From Spironucleus salmonicida (Eukaryota): DNA of 64,000 bases. Where the stretch lies: contig NC_090598.1 of NCBI RefSeq assembly GCF_000497125.1, positions 186,001 to 250,000 of the forward strand. The letters run 5' to 3'. The translations under genes and the position numbers were made by a program. The notes under the pieces are model-generated. The model was not told the origin of the DNA and did no database searches. It saw only the letters and a program-made list of their open reading frames with translations. Shown here piece after piece: positions 63,570-64,000 of the stretch (positions are counted from its first letter, which is position 1; every line of letters begins with the position of its first letter).

Positions 63570-64000
63570 ATGGCTGGTTTTTCTATTTGTATTAAACCTT
63601 CCTCATAGCAAGTTAAAAAACAACCAACACCAAATATTAACCTTTCACCAAACTACACATTTTTTCCTACGACTTCGCCATAATTATCTCATCAGTGTTT
63701 TCCTACCATTTTCAAAAATAAAAATTCATAGTATTTTTTGATCGAAAACTCTTCAGAATTTAGAGCTGAAAATTGTCAAAATTGCTCATTTGTAGTTATT
63801 TCAAATATTCAGGCTGTATCTATAGATGAGTGTAAAAACTGTTCATTTGTAATTCTAGCGTGTGCAGGATCTACTTTCATTCGAGACTGTATAAACTGTT
63901 CTTTTGCCATGGCTACTGCATAAACACGTACTAGAGACGTTTATGATAGTACATTTTGGCTTTGGTCACTCACTGGAATGATAGTAGAAGGATGTAAGAA
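63570..64000 (+). CDS. TBCC-domain beta-helix protein (RP2/XRP2 or tubulin cofactor C-like), 3' partial
   Basis: AENCQNCSF, IDECKNCSF, GSTFIRDCINCSF, QTRTRD (arginine-finger motif), MIVE. Confidence 0.85.

Noticed and set aside
1-64000. Spliceosomal introns, tRNA and rRNA genes
   Set aside because: All called genes have start and stop in one frame and no convincing intron or structural RNA was seen by eye; short in-frame introns or small ncRNAs cannot be excluded without RNA-seq and Infernal.

Overview
This is eukaryotic, very AT-rich, extremely gene-dense and apparently intron-free DNA. It reads sensibly only with TAA/TAG = Gln and TGA as the sole stop (translation table 6), so the supplied standard-code ORF track is mostly fragments and antisense shadows. 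The code, tiny intergenic gaps, AGTGA 3' signals fused to stop codons and pyrimidine/C-rich motifs before ATGs point to a hexamitin diplomonad (Spironucleus-like; inference). Hand re-translation gives about 55 CDSs covering most of the window; for several long ORFs only the ends and spot checks were read. Recognisable products include LSG1, CRM1, a Pirh2-like RING protein, an INCENP-like protein, RPP21 and POP1, a DWNN protein, two CK1 paralogues, p24, NadE, GlnRS, a Maelstrom-like DEDDh nuclease, meckelin, a CEP164-like WW protein, a SMYD-type SET protein, an MBL hydrolase, TBCA, SBDS, SPT5, UTP11, a SHIPPO-repeat protein, a copine-like vWA protein, an AP sigma subunit, IFT20, a MATE-like transporter and RP2/TBCC. 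The most striking observations are: (1) a ~0.95 kb GC-rich island (~55-60% GC) inside a WD40 gene in which TAR-Gln codons nearly vanish; (2) a Maelstrom-like nuclease retaining apparent DEDDh and zinc ligands; (3) meckelin head-to-head with a CEP164-like gene; (4) convergent genes whose stop codons abut in palindromes; (5) several predicted pseudoenzymes. All family calls are by-eye motif recognition with no database search.
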